From NCBI GenBank assembly GCA_963770565.1, contig CAVYQE010000006.1:96001-160000 (forward strand): a stretch of DNA of 64,000 bases, read 5' to 3'. Position 1 is the first letter of the stretch; the number at the start of each line of letters is the position of its first letter. This DNA comes from an uncultured Actinomycetota bacterium. Its GTDB lineage: Bacteria > Actinomycetota > Actinomycetes > JAFAQI01. The notes beneath the pieces are model-generated. The model had not been told where the DNA came from, searched no databases, and saw only the letters and a program-made list of their open reading frames with translations. This document shows positions 29,248-39,719 of this stretch, in pieces. The position numbers were made by a program, and so were the translations under genes.

Positions 29248-32070
29248 TTGGTGACCATCCCCTTCCCGGGTGCGGACTTTCAGATCCCCTACAACGTGCT
29301 CATTCTGGGTCTGATCACGGGTCTCACCTACTCGTTGCTGGGAATGGGAATCACCCTGGTCTACCGGACCTCGCGGGTGCTCAACTTCGCTCAGGGCGAG
29401 ATGGGCGCGCTGCCCGCGATGATCATCCCGATCCTCGTGATCAACCGGCACTGGAACTACTGGGTCACGCTGTTCATGGCGATCGGGGGCGCCGTACTGG
29501 TCGGTGCGCTGGCCGAGTTTCTCGTGATCCGGCGGCTGCATGCCGCCTCGCGGCTGACCGCTTTGGTCGCGACGATCGCCCTCGCCGAAGTGCTCTACAT
29601 CGTCGGCATCCTGATCCCGAAGGGATCATCGGACCTGATCGGGGCGTCATACCCGACGCCGTTCTCGACCTCCATCACGATCGGCTCGCTCATCCTCGGG
29701 CCGGGGCAGCTGTTGATCCTCATCGTGGTCCCGCTCACGATGATCGGCCTGACCTTGTTCCTACGCCGCAGCCGCCTCGGCCGGGCCAGTCGCGCGGCGG
29801 CGGAGAACACCGAGGCGGCACAGCTCGCCGGCATTCCGACCAACCGGATCTCGCTCGCGATGTGGTCGATCGCAGGTCTGCTGGCGGGCATCTCCGCGAT
29901 CCTGATCGGCCCGACGCAACCGATCTCGGTCGGTTCGGCGCTCGGCCCGACCCTGCTGGTGCGCGCGCTCGGCGCCGCGATGCTCGGCGGGCTGACGAGG
30001 TTGCCGACCGTGTTCCTCGGCGGGATCGGGATCGGTCTGATCGAGGCCCTCGTCACCTGGAACTACCCGAACGGTGACGCGACCGACCTGGTGATCTTCG
30101 TGATCATCCTCGGCAGCCTGCTGGTGCAGCGCCGGCTCGGGCAGCAGGCCCGCGGGATGGAGGAGAGCTCCTGGTCGCTCGCCCGCAACCTCCGTCCGCT
30201 TCCACCGAGCCTCGCAGCCCACCCGCGGGTCCGCCGCGCCCGGGTGGTGGCCTTCGTGGTGATGATCGCGATCGCGGTCGCGCTTCCGTTACCACTGCAC
30301 TCGGCGCAGCGGTTCTTCCTCAGCGAGGTCGTGGTCTTCGCGCTGATGGGGCTCTCGCTTGTCGTGCTGACCGGCTACGCGGGACAGGTCTCACTCGGCC
30401 AGCTGGCTTTCGTCGCGGTCGGTGCAACGGTCGGCGGCCGCTTCCTCGAGATGGGGCTGCCCGGTCCGCTGGCGGCATTGATCGCGACCCTGATCGGCGG
30501 CGCGGTCGCGCTGGTGGTCGGGCTGCCCGCGCTGCGGATCCGCGGGCTCTTCCTCGCGGTGACGACGCTTGCCTTCTCGGTGGCGGTGGCCGGCTGGATG
30601 TTCGGGCAGGGCTGGCTGGTGAAGAACACCGGCTTTGCCAACTCGTTACAGATTTCGCGGCCGAACATCGGCGGGCTGAACTTCGAGGACGAGAAGTACT
30701 ACTACTGGCTGTGCCTGTTGATCCTGGTGGTCGTCGGGCTTGCGGTCGGGTGGCTGCGGACCAGCCGGCTCGGCCGCTCGATGATCGCGGTCCGCGACAA
30801 CGAGGCCTCTGCGGCCAGCCTGTCGATCTCGCCCGGGCGGACCAAGCTCGCCGCGTTCGTGATCAGCGGGTTGATCGCATCGCTGGCCGGCTACCTGTAC
30901 GGCGGGTTGCTGGTCGACTTCTCCTACGACCCGGCGTCGACCTTCGGTGCGCAGGGATCGCTCGACCTGGTCGTGATGACCGTGCTGGGTGGCGTCACGA
31001 CCGTCACCGGCGCGGTCGTCGGCGCGGCCTGGGTGCAGGGACTGCCGGAGCTGTTCGGCCAGAACATCGGGATCCTCAGCTCCGGCTTCGGCCTGATCGC
31101 GATCCTGCTGGTGCTTCCGGGTGGTCTCGCCTCGCTGGTCTTCACCCTCCGCGACCGGGCCGCGGCCTGGTTGGCGCGAAGCGGCGTCGGCGAGGCCGAA
31201 GCGCCGCCGGCCGCTGCGGCAGTCCAACCTCGGGCCGAGGCGACCGGGCCACCGGTGGCAAGACCCTCGCCCGATGTCGGACCACCGGCGTCGGGCGATG
31301 CCGAGATCCCGTTGCAGGCACACGGCGTACGCGTCAGCTATGGCGGGCTGCTTGCCCTCGACGACGTGTCGGTCTACGCGCGTCCCGGCGAGATCGTCGG
31401 CATCATGGGGACCAACGGCGCGGGCAAGACAACGCTGTTCGACGTCCTCTCCGGCCGGATCCGTCCGGTCAACGGCGAGGTGCAGCTCTACGGCCGCGAC
31501 ATCACCCGCCAGCCCTCGCACCGGCGGGCGCGGCTCGGCCTCGGCCGGACCTTCCAGCAAGCGCGGCTGTTCGACGACCTGACCGTCATCGACGCGGTCC
31601 AGATCGCGGTCGAGGGCGGCTCGGACCCCGGCCGGCCGGCCGCCGACACCGGCCGGGTCGAAGCGCGCCGGATCCGCCGGGGCCGCGCCTCCGCGCACGC
31701 AGCGTTGACGATGGTGGGCCTGCACGACCAGCGGCATCGTTACGCCGGCGAGCTGTCCACCGGCACCCGCCGGCTCGTGGAGCTTGCGTGCGTGGCCGCG
31801 CTTGGCGCGAAGGTGCTCCTGCTGGACGAGCCGACCGCGGGCTTCACTCAGGCCGAAGTCGACGAATTTGTTGTGGTGCTACGGAATCTGCGGGATACGA
31901 CCGGGGTCACGTTGGTCGTGATCGACCACGATGTGCCGATGATGATCGAGCTCGCCGAGCGCTTGTACGTCCTGGAGGCGGGCCGGGTGATCGCCGAAGG
32001 ATCGTCGACGATCCTCAACGACGACCCGCGGGTCGTGGCCACCTACCTCGGTACGACGACCACGACATGA
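29248..32070 (+). CDS. Fused branched-chain-amino-acid-type ABC transporter: LivH-like + LivM-like permeases + LivG-like ATPase
   Basis: LNFAQGE (LivH); GYAGQVSLGQ, LRIRGLFLAVTTLAF and AVRDNE (LivM); GTNGAGKTT, LSTG, LLLDEPTAG and IDHD (LivG); GAGGAG RBS before TTG/GTG at 29248/29251. Confidence 0.9.
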   Translation: MVTIPFPGADFQIPYNVLILGLITGLTYSLLGMGITLVYRTSRVLNFAQGEMGALPAMIIPILVINRHWNYWVTLFMAIGGAVLVGALAEFLVIRRLHAASRLTALVATIALAEVLYIVGILIPKGSSDLIGASYPTPFSTSITIGSLILGPGQLLILIVVPLTMIGLTLFLRRSRLGRASRAAAENTEAAQLAGIPTNRISLAMWSIAGLLAGISAILIGPTQPISVGSALGPTLLVRALGAAMLGGLTRLPTVFLGGIGIGLIEALVTWNYPNGDATDLVIFVIILGSLLVQRRLGQQARGMEESSWSLARNLRPLPPSLAAHPRVRRARVVAFVVMIAIAVALPLPLHSAQRFFLSEVVVFALMGLSLVVLTGYAGQVSLGQLAFVAVGATVGGRFLEMGLPGPLAALIATLIGGAVALVVGLPALRIRGLFLAVTTLAFSVAVAGWMFGQGWLVKNTGFANSLQISRPNIGGLNFEDEKYYYWLCLLILVVVGLAVGWLRTSRLGRSMIAVRDNEASAASLSISPGRTKLAAFVISGLIASLAGYLYGGLLVDFSYDPASTFGAQGSLDLVVMTVLGGVTTVTGAVVGAAWVQGLPELFGQNIGILSSGFGLIAILLVLPGGLASLVFTLRDRAAAWLARSGVGEAEAPPAAAAVQPRAEATGPPVARPSPDVGPPASGDAEIPLQAHGVRVSYGGLLALDDVSVYARPGEIVGIMGTNGAGKTTLFDVLSGRIRPVNGEVQLYGRDITRQPSHRRARLGLGRTFQQARLFDDLTVIDAVQIAVEGGSDPGRPAADTGRVEARRIRRGRASAHAALTMVGLHDQRHRYAGELSTGTRRLVELACVAALGAKVLLLDEPTAGFTQAEVDEFVVVLRNLRDTTGVTLVVIDHDVPMMIELAERLYVLEAGRVIAEGSSTILNDDPRVVATYLGTTTTT

Positions 32071-32151
32071 CCGAAAGGTCCGGACCACGCGCGATGGGTC
32101 CGATTCGAAATTCGTAACAGTCGGGTGTCAATCCATCGACGGATTCCCGAG

Positions 32152-32169
32152 AATAGGGTATACCTAATT
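32152..32169. promoter_or_regulatory. Putative operator 10
   Basis: AAT-AG-GGTATACC-TA-ATT upstream of the binding protein. Confidence 0.78.
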
Positions 32170-32256
32170 CGCACCGCGGCCGACCGCTCGCGTTCCGGCG
32201 TACCGGTGTCGGGTTAAGGCTGGCGCGCATCCCAGCCACGACAGGAGGGGCACGAC

Positions 32257-33576
32257 ATGCTCGGTTCTCGTCCGCGTCAACGATCGATCCTGGCGACGAT
32301 GGCAGTTGCCGTCCTGGGCTTAGCGGTCGGCTGTAGTAGCTCGTCGAGCGGGGGTAGCCCGGGATCGGGATCCTCGTCGCCCGCAACCAGTCCGTCGACC
32401 GCGCCGTCGTCGACGACACCGATCACCATTGGTGTGGCGGTGCCCGACCTGTCCGTGTTCGTGAAGTTCAGCAAGGCGTTCGGCGTCGGCAACCCGCAGA
32501 CCCAGGCCGCCTCCGTGCTGGCGGCGTGGAAGAGCAGCGGCAGCGTGCCGGTCAACGGGCACCCGGTGAAGTTCGTCTACAAGTCCTACAACATCGTCGA
32601 CCCGGCCGCGGAGACCGCGGTCTGCAAGACGTTCGCGCAGGACGACCACGTCTTCGCGGTCATCGGTGGCCAGAGCTTCGAGACCGGTGCGCAGTGCCTT
32701 ACCGGGCAGTTCCACATCCCGGTGGTCGACCTCGACTCGGTGCCGGCGAGCTCCTACCAGAAGGGTGCGCCGGACTACTTCACCCTCCAGCCGGACCAGA
32801 ACACCTTCTACAAGGACTACATCGACTGGGCCGCGAAGGCGGGGCTGTTCAAGAACCAGAAGATCGGCATGTTCATCAGCTCTGAGGTGCAGGAGAGCGC
32901 GAACGTCGCCAAGACCGAGCTGACCAAGCTCGGCTACAAGGTGACGAGCTCGGTCACGGCCAACAGTGCGGGTGTGGGCAGCAATGCCGACCAGCTGGCG
33001 ATGCAGAAGTTCAAGGCGGCCGGCGTCACGGTGATGATCCCGTTCGTGGGTGGCAGCGACGAGATCAACGCTCTCGGGTACGCCGCGAAGCAGCACTACA
33101 ACCTCAAGGTCGTCGACCTCGACACGTCACAGCACACGACCGACGTGGCAGCAGGCGCTTTCCCGGCCACGCTCTACAACGGCACGCAGGCACTGACGTT
33201 CGCGGCGACCGGCGAGAAGGCGGCCAACCTGCCCGAGACTGCTGAGCAGACCGCCTGCATCAACAACTACAACACCTTCTCGGGTGCGAACATCCAGCGG
33301 GTCAGCCCGGAGGTCTCGGGTGAATACCAGAACCTGCTGGAGACCTGCGACATAGCCAACATCGTGCTGAAGGGAATGCAGAACGCCGGCAACAATCTCA
33401 CGGCGGCGTCCTTCATCTCCGGCCTGGAGCAGATCCAGAACATGCCGATCGCAAGCGGCGGCAATGTGTCATTCAGCTCGACCGACCACTGGGGCATTCA
33501 CCAGCTCCGGGCGGTCAAGTGGACGATCGCGTGCCACTGCTGGGCGGCGAACGGCGACTGGTTCTCGACCAGCTGA
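32257..33576 (+). CDS. ABC transporter substrate-binding lipoprotein (type I PBP, LivJ-like fold)
   Basis: Lipobox LAVGC, Ser/Pro linker, PITIGV and VFAVIG motifs; follows the Liv-type fusion. Confidence 0.82.
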   Translation: MLGSRPRQRSILATMAVAVLGLAVGCSSSSSGGSPGSGSSSPATSPSTAPSSTTPITIGVAVPDLSVFVKFSKAFGVGNPQTQAASVLAAWKSSGSVPVNGHPVKFVYKSYNIVDPAAETAVCKTFAQDDHVFAVIGGQSFETGAQCLTGQFHIPVVDLDSVPASSYQKGAPDYFTLQPDQNTFYKDYIDWAAKAGLFKNQKIGMFISSEVQESANVAKTELTKLGYKVTSSVTANSAGVGSNADQLAMQKFKAAGVTVMIPFVGGSDEINALGYAAKQHYNLKVVDLDTSQHTTDVAAGAFPATLYNGTQALTFAATGEKAANLPETAEQTACINNYNTFSGANIQRVSPEVSGEYQNLLETCDIANIVLKGMQNAGNNLTAASFISGLEQIQNMPIASGGNVSFSSTDHWGIHQLRAVKWTIACHCWAANGDWFSTS

Positions 33577-33585
33577 TTGCAGACC

Positions 33586-33630
33586 CGGGGACGGGCGGTG
33601 GGCAGGGGGCCCGCCGCTCGTCCCCGTTTC
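33586..33630 (+). terminator. Intrinsic terminator after the binding protein
   Basis: CGGGGACGGGCGGTGGGC-AGGGG-GCCCGCCGCTCGTCCCCG followed by TTTC. Confidence 0.7.
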
Positions 33631-33859
33631 ACGTGTCCTTGCTTGTAGACTGCGAGCGTGCCGAGGTGCCCGGCCTCGGCTTCCGGCGGCACCCGCTGCG
33701 ACCGTCGTGGTCCGGTCTGACTCGGTCATCGAGAGTCGTGAGCCACGGATCGCGCAAGGGTGCGTCGGCCTCATCCGGGTCCGGCCGGTGGCCGCAGCAG
33801 CGGTCCGCGACGCCATCGCCATGGCGTTGGGAAGGCCGGTCGACTGACGAGGAGCGCGC

Positions 33860-36058
33860 TTGCCCCCACGGTCCCGCCGCCGCACCCGCGGTGGCGTTCC
33901 GGTGCCGCCCCGGCAGGGTGCGGACGCTCGGCCCGCGCGGGTTCACCCTCGCCCGGCGCAGCAGGCCAGTGCACCGCGGCGCACCGCGCCACGCCGGACC
34001 TCGACGAACCGGCGACAGGACCAGGGGCCGCTCGCCGTCCTCGCCTTGGCTGCAGCGGAGGTTGACCGACGCCCGGTGAACCAGGCGACGCGGGCGCTGT
34101 TCCAGGCAGTGGCCCTGCTGCTGCGCGAACAGCGGGTCGAGGCCACCACGGCGCCGATGAGCCCGGCCCAGCGAGTGGCGCAGCAGAAGCGGATCGAGGG
34201 CCTGGCCGCCACGCTGGCCCGTACCGCCGCCCGCGACACATCGCTGTTCGCGCTCCTGGCCGATGGCGCTGCGCTGCTCCCGGGCACGAGCGCCGCGGTA
34301 CGCGACCTTCGGATCAAGGCCGGTCTCGCGGCCGAGCCGGAGGTTGCGGCGCCGTCGCCACCATCCGAGCCCGGGTCCGCCCGCGAGCAGCGTCAGGTTG
34401 TCCCGCAGTCGGCGGCCTCCCGCAACCTCGCCAACCCGTTCCTCGCGCCGGAGTACTCGGCGGCGCCCACTCCGCGGCCACGGCCACGGCTGCTCGCCGA
34501 CTGGGAACTGATCCGCCCACTGCTGCGGGCGTTCGAGGAGTCCACTGCGGACGCCCCGTCCTGTATGACCCTCCCGGCACCGAGCCATGCCCACATCGCC
34601 GCCGGCCTCGACCTCATGCCGCACCAGGCCCAAGTCGTGGCAAGCGCCAAGAACGGCCATCGGACTTTCCTGCTCGCCGACGAGCCCGGTCTCGGCAAGA
34701 CTGCTCAGGCCCTGCTCGCCGCCCAAGCCGCTCACGCCCACCCGCTGCTGGTCGTCGTACCGAACGTCGTCAAGACCAGCTGGGCCCGCGAAGCCGCGAT
34801 GTGGACGCCGAAGCACGGCGCCACCGTCATCCACGGTGACGGCGAGACCGTCGACGCGTTCTGCGACATCGTCATCGTCAACTACGACATCCTCGACCGG
34901 CACGTCGGGTGGCTCGGGAGCTTTGGCTTCCGCGGGATGGTCATCGACGAGGCCCACTTCATCAAGAACAAGTCCTCGCAGCGCTCGCAGAACGTGCTCG
35001 ACCTGTCGCGCCGGGTCCGCGAACGCACGGCACGACCGCTGCTGATGGCCCTGACCGGTACGCCGCTCATCAACGACATCGAGGACTTCCTGGCGATCTG
35101 GGAGTTCCTCGGCTGGATCACCGGCAGCGAAGTCGGTCCCGACCTGTTGCACGCCCTTGAGGCCAACGCCATGACGCCGCTCGATCCCGGCTTCTACCCG
35201 GCCGCGCGTGAGTCGGTGATCGAGATGGGGGTGGTCCGACGGCGCAAGGTCGACGTTGCGAAGGACATCCCGGACCGGCGCATCGCCGACGTGCCGGTCG
35301 AGCTCGAGGGCGCGGCGGGGTCGTCGGTGCGCGCGGCCGAGCGCAAGCTTGTCCAGCGCCTGGTGAAGCGCTACCGGAGCGCCGTGGCGGCCCGCAAGGA
35401 CACCGACCGGACGGTGGATGTCGACGCGGCGATCGTCCGTCAAGTCTGCGCGCGGGAGCTACGCGAGTCCGACGAGAACGACACCGGAGAGAACGTCTTC
35501 TCGATGATGCGGCGGATCGGCCAGGCCAAGGCTGAGCTCGCGGCCGACTACACCGCCCAACTGTCCCGCAACGCCGGCAAGGTCGTGTTCTTCGCCAAGC
35601 ACATCGACGTGATGGATGCGGCCGAGCGGGTCTTCGCCAAGCGCGGCATCAGCTTCTCCTCGATCCGCGGCGGCCAGACCACCCGGGTACGGCAACAGAA
35701 CCTCGACTCGTTCGTCAACGACGAGGACGTCCACGTCATTGTCTGCTCGCTGACCGCCGCCGGCGTCGGCATCAACCTTCAGGTGTCCTCCAACGTCGTG
35801 CTCGCCGAGCTGTCGTGGACCGCGGCCGAGCAGACGCAGGCGATCGATCGGGTCCACCGCATCGGTCAGGACCAGCCGGTCACTGCGTGGCGGATCATCG
35901 CCACGCAGACCGTCGACGCCCGGGTTGCCGAGCTCATCGGCGCCAAGGAGAGTCTCGCCGCGCGCGCACTTGACGGCGCTGACGTCGAGGTCGCAAGCCT
36001 CGACCTCCAGCTCGAGACGCTCGTCAGCCTGCTGACCGACGCTTTGGCCCCTGGCTGA
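33860..36058 (+). CDS. SNF2-related DEAH helicase/ATPase; start uncertain
   Basis: LADEPGLGKT, IDEAHFIKN, ALTGTP, GVGINL and QAIDRVHRIGQ motifs. Confidence 0.9.
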   Translation: MPPRSRRRTRGGVPVPPRQGADARPARVHPRPAQQASAPRRTAPRRTSTNRRQDQGPLAVLALAAAEVDRRPVNQATRALFQAVALLLREQRVEATTAPMSPAQRVAQQKRIEGLAATLARTAARDTSLFALLADGAALLPGTSAAVRDLRIKAGLAAEPEVAAPSPPSEPGSAREQRQVVPQSAASRNLANPFLAPEYSAAPTPRPRPRLLADWELIRPLLRAFEESTADAPSCMTLPAPSHAHIAAGLDLMPHQAQVVASAKNGHRTFLLADEPGLGKTAQALLAAQAAHAHPLLVVVPNVVKTSWAREAAMWTPKHGATVIHGDGETVDAFCDIVIVNYDILDRHVGWLGSFGFRGMVIDEAHFIKNKSSQRSQNVLDLSRRVRERTARPLLMALTGTPLINDIEDFLAIWEFLGWITGSEVGPDLLHALEANAMTPLDPGFYPAARESVIEMGVVRRRKVDVAKDIPDRRIADVPVELEGAAGSSVRAAERKLVQRLVKRYRSAVAARKDTDRTVDVDAAIVRQVCARELRESDENDTGENVFSMMRRIGQAKAELAADYTAQLSRNAGKVVFFAKHIDVMDAAERVFAKRGISFSSIRGGQTTRVRQQNLDSFVNDEDVHVIVCSLTAAGVGINLQVSSNVVLAELSWTAAEQTQAIDRVHRIGQDQPVTAWRIIATQTVDARVAELIGAKESLAARALDGADVEVASLDLQLETLVSLLTDALAPG

Positions 36059-36095
36059 TACCTCCGACGCGCCGTGCGCACCGGGGTCGCCTGCG

Positions 36096-36135
36096 ATGGC
36101 GACTTAGGGGTCATAGACGACCCCTAAGTCGCCAT
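36096..36135. repeat. 40-nt hairpin (family B), probable bidirectional terminator or REP-like element
   Basis: ATGGCGACTTAGGGGTC-ATAGAC-GACCCCTAAGTCGCCAT (perfect 17-bp stem) followed by GATCTTG, between convergent genes. Confidence 0.8.
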
Positions 36136-36156
36136 GATCTTGTACGAGGCGGTTGA

Positions 36157-37026
36157 CTAGTACGGCTTCTGCCAGATGCCGGCACTGGTCATGTAGATCA
36201 TGGTCGAGGCCATCGAGCCGGCCGACATCGCGTGGTCGACCGCGATCGTCGCGCCGTTGAGCTGGGCGTCGTCGGCGCACAGCAGCGCAAGGACCCGGGC
36301 CGCCTCGACCGGTTGGTAGACCAGCGGATTCGGCCGCTTCGGTCCGCTGTCGGCGGTCGGCTCGCCGGTGACGTACTCCGCGATCGCTGCCTTCGTCCGG
36401 TCGGCTTGCTCGGTCGCGACGCCACCGATCAGTACGGCGTTGACCCGCACCCCCTCGAGCACGTACTCGACCGCGAGGGTGCGGCTGAGCTGGACCAGGC
36501 CGGCCTTGGATGCGCTGTATGCGGCCATCCGCGCCGGACCCTCGATTGCGTTGATCGACGCGATGTTCAGCACAACCCCGGAGTGCTGCTCGGCCATGAC
36601 CCCGAGCGCCGATCGGCAGCAGAAGAATGCGCCTTTGAGGTTGGTGTCGAGGATGTCGTCCCAGTGCTCCTCGGTGGCGAGGTGCGAGGGCTGGATCGGC
36701 GGAGCGCCTTCCGTACCGGCGTTGTTGATCAGGACGTCGAGCCGCCCGTGCCGGTCCACCGCCGCCGAGATCAAGGCGGCGCAGTCTGCGGTACGGCGAA
36801 CGTCGGTCGGCACGAACGTCACGTCGTGACCCCCGGTGCGAAGGTCGGACGCGAGCCGTTCCCCGAGCTCGGCCCTCCGCGCGCCGAACACGACCCGCGA
36901 TCCGGCCCGAGCAAAGAGCTCGACGATGCCGCGACCGAGTCCGGACGTCCCGCCGGTGACCACTGTCACCTTGCCGGCGACTGCCGCGATCGTCGAGGCG
37001 GACGGGGCGTCGTCAGCTGCTGCCAC
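36157..37026 (-). CDS. SDR family oxidoreductase
   Basis: TGGTSGLG, NNAG and AYSASK motifs. Confidence 0.88.
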   Translation of the reverse strand: MAAADDAPSASTIAAVAGKVTVVTGGTSGLGRGIVELFARAGSRVVFGARRAELGERLASDLRTGGHDVTFVPTDVRRTADCAALISAAVDRHGRLDVLINNAGTEGAPPIQPSHLATEEHWDDILDTNLKGAFFCCRSALGVMAEQHSGVVLNIASINAIEGPARMAAYSASKAGLVQLSRTLAVEYVLEGVRVNAVLIGGVATEQADRTKAAIAEYVTGEPTADSGPKRPNPLVYQPVEAARVLALLCADDAQLNGATIAVDHAMSAGSMASTMIYMTSAGIWQKPY

Positions 37027-37441
37027 AGGGATTCTGATCCTTGATGAACCCTTGGAATCCGCTCAGCTGCTCGCTGTAGTCGTGCTGGGTGAGGTGGGTG
37101 AAGACCGCGCGGTATCCGACCGTGTCGCCGGGGGTGATCTTGGAGTTGTTCTCGACCGGGGTCGCGGTGATCCGCTCGAGGTCGAGGCTGTCGCGGTTGA
37201 GCGCGGCGATGCTGACGACCGGGCAGTACGACGTCTTCCCGGAGCGGTTGCGCACGGTGACCTGTACCGATGCGATTAGCCCGTCGCGACGGATGATCGC
37301 CTTGCTGACGACAAGCGGCGGCCGGTTGAGGGCCGCGACGAAGGTCAGCGCGATCGAGATGATCAACCCGACGGTGGTGATCGTGACGAAGGCGGTGACC
37401 GGGGTTCGCTTGGACTCGCGGACGCGGCTAAAGAGACTCAC
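37013..37441 (-). CDS. Small membrane-anchored hypothetical protein (one TM + beta-rich domain)
   Basis: N-terminal hydrophobic helix, VQVTVRNRSG strand, two Cys; overlaps both neighbours. Confidence 0.7.
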   Translation of the reverse strand: MSLFSRVRESKRTPVTAFVTITTVGLIISIALTFVAALNRPPLVVSKAIIRRDGLIASVQVTVRNRSGKTSYCPVVSIAALNRDSLDLERITATPVENNSKITPGDTVGYRAVFTHLTQHDYSEQLSGFQGFIKDQNPCGSS

Positions 37442-39684
37442 GACGCGCCGTCCGATTCGGTGCCGCGGATCATCAGCCGGGCCACCACACCCTCAGCGAG
37501 ACCGGCCGGCGCGCCCAGATCGCGGATCCCGGCCTTGTCCATGAAGAGCACGTGGTCGGCGACCTGCAACGCCGCCGCGACCGACTGCTCCACCATCAGC
37601 ACGGTGGTGCCGTTCTCGACCACCCGGCGGATCACTCTGAGCAGCTCGTTGGTGATCACCGGCGCGAGTCCCATCGACAACTCGTCGATCAGCAACAGGT
37701 CCGGCCCCGCCATCAGGGCGCGGCCGAGGCTCATCATCTGCTGCTCGCCGCCCGATAACGTGCCGGCCGGCTGTGACAGGTGGCTGGACAGTGCCGGGAA
37801 GACGTCGAGGACCTCGGCGAGCCGCTCCTCGACGAGCTCCTTATGCCCGGCGAAAGGATACGCACCGAGCCAGAGGTTTTCGCGCAACGTCAGGCTCGGG
37901 AAGGTGGCCCGACCGCCGCTCATCAGCGTGATGCCGAGCCGCGCGCGTTGCTCCGGCGGTACGCCGAGGATCTCGGTCCCGTTGAACCACGCCTTTCCGT
38001 CCTGCGGCTCGAGCAGGCCGGCGATCACGTTGAGCAGGGTGGTCTTCCCGACTCCGTTCCGGCCGAGCAGGGCATGGCAGCCGCCGCGTTCGATCTGCAG
38101 GTTGACGTCGAACAAGACCCGGATCGCGCCGTAGGAGAAGTCGACGTCTTCGAGCACGAGCAGGTCGCCGGCGTACTCCGCGGGTGGCTGGTCGGGCTCG
38201 TCGGTGGGCTCCATGGTCTCGGCGCGACCCTCGCCGAGGACCACCGAGGTTGCCGCGTTGACCAGGTGGGGCGGGCGCTCGTCGTCGTCGCGCTTGTCCG
38301 CGTCGCTGCTGGTGCCGGCGACGTACGCCAGGACCCTTGCCTCGTCGGTCGGGTAGGTCCGGATCGCGAACACCAGCAGCAGCAGGCCGGCGGCGGCGAG
38401 CATCGGGATCAGGGTCAGGAAGGCGGCGCGGAGCCCGAACGCATCGGAGAGGAAGCCGAAGATGGCCGGCGACGCGGCCGAGCACAGGCTCTGCAGCACG
38501 GTGTCGAGCGCGGTGCCGCGGCCGCGCAGCTGCGGACGCAGGACGTCGAGCCGGACCGCGTTGAGCGGTGGGATCGCCGCGATGATCGCGAACGCGCCGA
38601 GGGTGAAGAACACCAACATGACCGGCGTACTGCCGACCGAGAACGCGACGTAGAACAGCGGCAGCCCGAGGAGTCGGGCCGCGCCCGCGACCAGGACCCG
38701 CGCCGAGCGCCGGCCGATGTAGGTCAGGTAGTCGGCGATGTAGCCGGCCGACAGCGCGCCGATCAGGCCGCCGAGGGCGAACAAGCTGGTGGCGACCGAC
38801 GCCTGCGGCACGGTGAGGTGGTGGTAGCGAAGCAGGAACGTGACCGTCCAGACCCCGATGCCGCCGAAGAAGATGCTGCCGACGGCGGAGGAGATCATCG
38901 AGACAGTGAAGGTGGGCACCCGCAGGATCTCGCGGTAGGCGTCGCGCAGTGAGAGCGCGTCCTCGTCGACCGCGGCCCGCGCACTCAGGCTCTGGTGCCG
39001 GCGATCCTGCTCGCCCCGCGCCGGCTCCGACAGCCGCCAGGCCAGCATCGCCACGATGAAGCCCGGGGCGGCGAAGAAGTAGAACGCCGAGCGCCAGCCC
39101 CACGCCGCCGCCATCGCGGCGCCGACCGGGATCAGGAAGAACCCGATCAGCTGGCCGATCTGGTAGATGCCGAGCACCTTGGACCGCTGGTGGACCGGGT
39201 AGTAGTCGGCCAGCAGCGACTGAGTGGTCGGGACGACGGCGGGCGAGGCGCTGCCCAGCACGATCCGGGCGAAGAACAGCGTGACGTAGCCGGTGGCCAG
39301 CCCGGTCCAGAGCATCGCGATGCCCCAGACCGCGCCGGCCCAGGCGATGACTTTGGTCCGCGAGGCCCGGTCGGCGAGCGTGCCGAACGGCACCGTGCCG
39401 ATCGTGACGACGACGGCGTACGAACTGCCGAGCAGACCGAGCGCCGCGTCGCTGAGCTGGAACGACGTCTTGAGGTACGGGAAGACGGTCGACAGGAGGT
39501 ATTGGTCGCTCACGCTGATCGCGTACGCGGCGGTCAGCAGGATCAGCGGGTAGCGCGAGACGCCGACCAGTCGGCGGGTGACCTGGAAGGCGACCCGCGG
39601 AGTGCGGATCGGTGCCAGGGAGGTGCCGCCGTCGCCGCCCGACGAGCCCGCGCCGCGAGCCGACGGCGGCGCGGTTGCGGTCAT
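37438..39684 (-). CDS. MFS permease fused to a LivF-like ABC ATPase
   Basis: MFS motif A (GTLADRASR), about 12 hydrophobic segments, acidic linker, then GRNGVGKTT, LSGGEQQ, LLIDELSMGLAP and VEQ. Confidence 0.88.
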   Translation of the reverse strand: MTATAPPSARGAGSSGGDGGTSLAPIRTPRVAFQVTRRLVGVSRYPLILLTAAYAISVSDQYLLSTVFPYLKTSFQLSDAALGLLGSSYAVVVTIGTVPFGTLADRASRTKVIAWAGAVWGIAMLWTGLATGYVTLFFARIVLGSASPAVVPTTQSLLADYYPVHQRSKVLGIYQIGQLIGFFLIPVGAAMAAAWGWRSAFYFFAAPGFIVAMLAWRLSEPARGEQDRRHQSLSARAAVDEDALSLRDAYREILRVPTFTVSMISSAVGSIFFGGIGVWTVTFLLRYHHLTVPQASVATSLFALGGLIGALSAGYIADYLTYIGRRSARVLVAGAARLLGLPLFYVAFSVGSTPVMLVFFTLGAFAIIAAIPPLNAVRLDVLRPQLRGRGTALDTVLQSLCSAASPAIFGFLSDAFGLRAAFLTLIPMLAAAGLLLLVFAIRTYPTDEARVLAYVAGTSSDADKRDDDERPPHLVNAATSVVLGEGRAETMEPTDEPDQPPAEYAGDLLVLEDVDFSYGAIRVLFDVNLQIERGGCHALLGRNGVGKTTLLNVIAGLLEPQDGKAWFNGTEILGVPPEQRARLGITLMSGGRATFPSLTLRENLWLGAYPFAGHKELVEERLAEVLDVFPALSSHLSQPAGTLSGGEQQMMSLGRALMAGPDLLLIDELSMGLAPVITNELLRVIRRVVENGTTVLMVEQSVAAALQVADHVLFMDKAGIRDLGAPAGLAEGVVARLMIRGTESDGAS

Positions 39685-39719
39685 GCGGGCGGCTCCTTTG
39701 TCGGGCTAGTGCCGGTGCA

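Noticed and set aside
33860-36058. SNF2 helicase as part of an anti-phage defence system
   Set aside because: No neighbouring methylase, nuclease or other defence-type gene; it stands alone.
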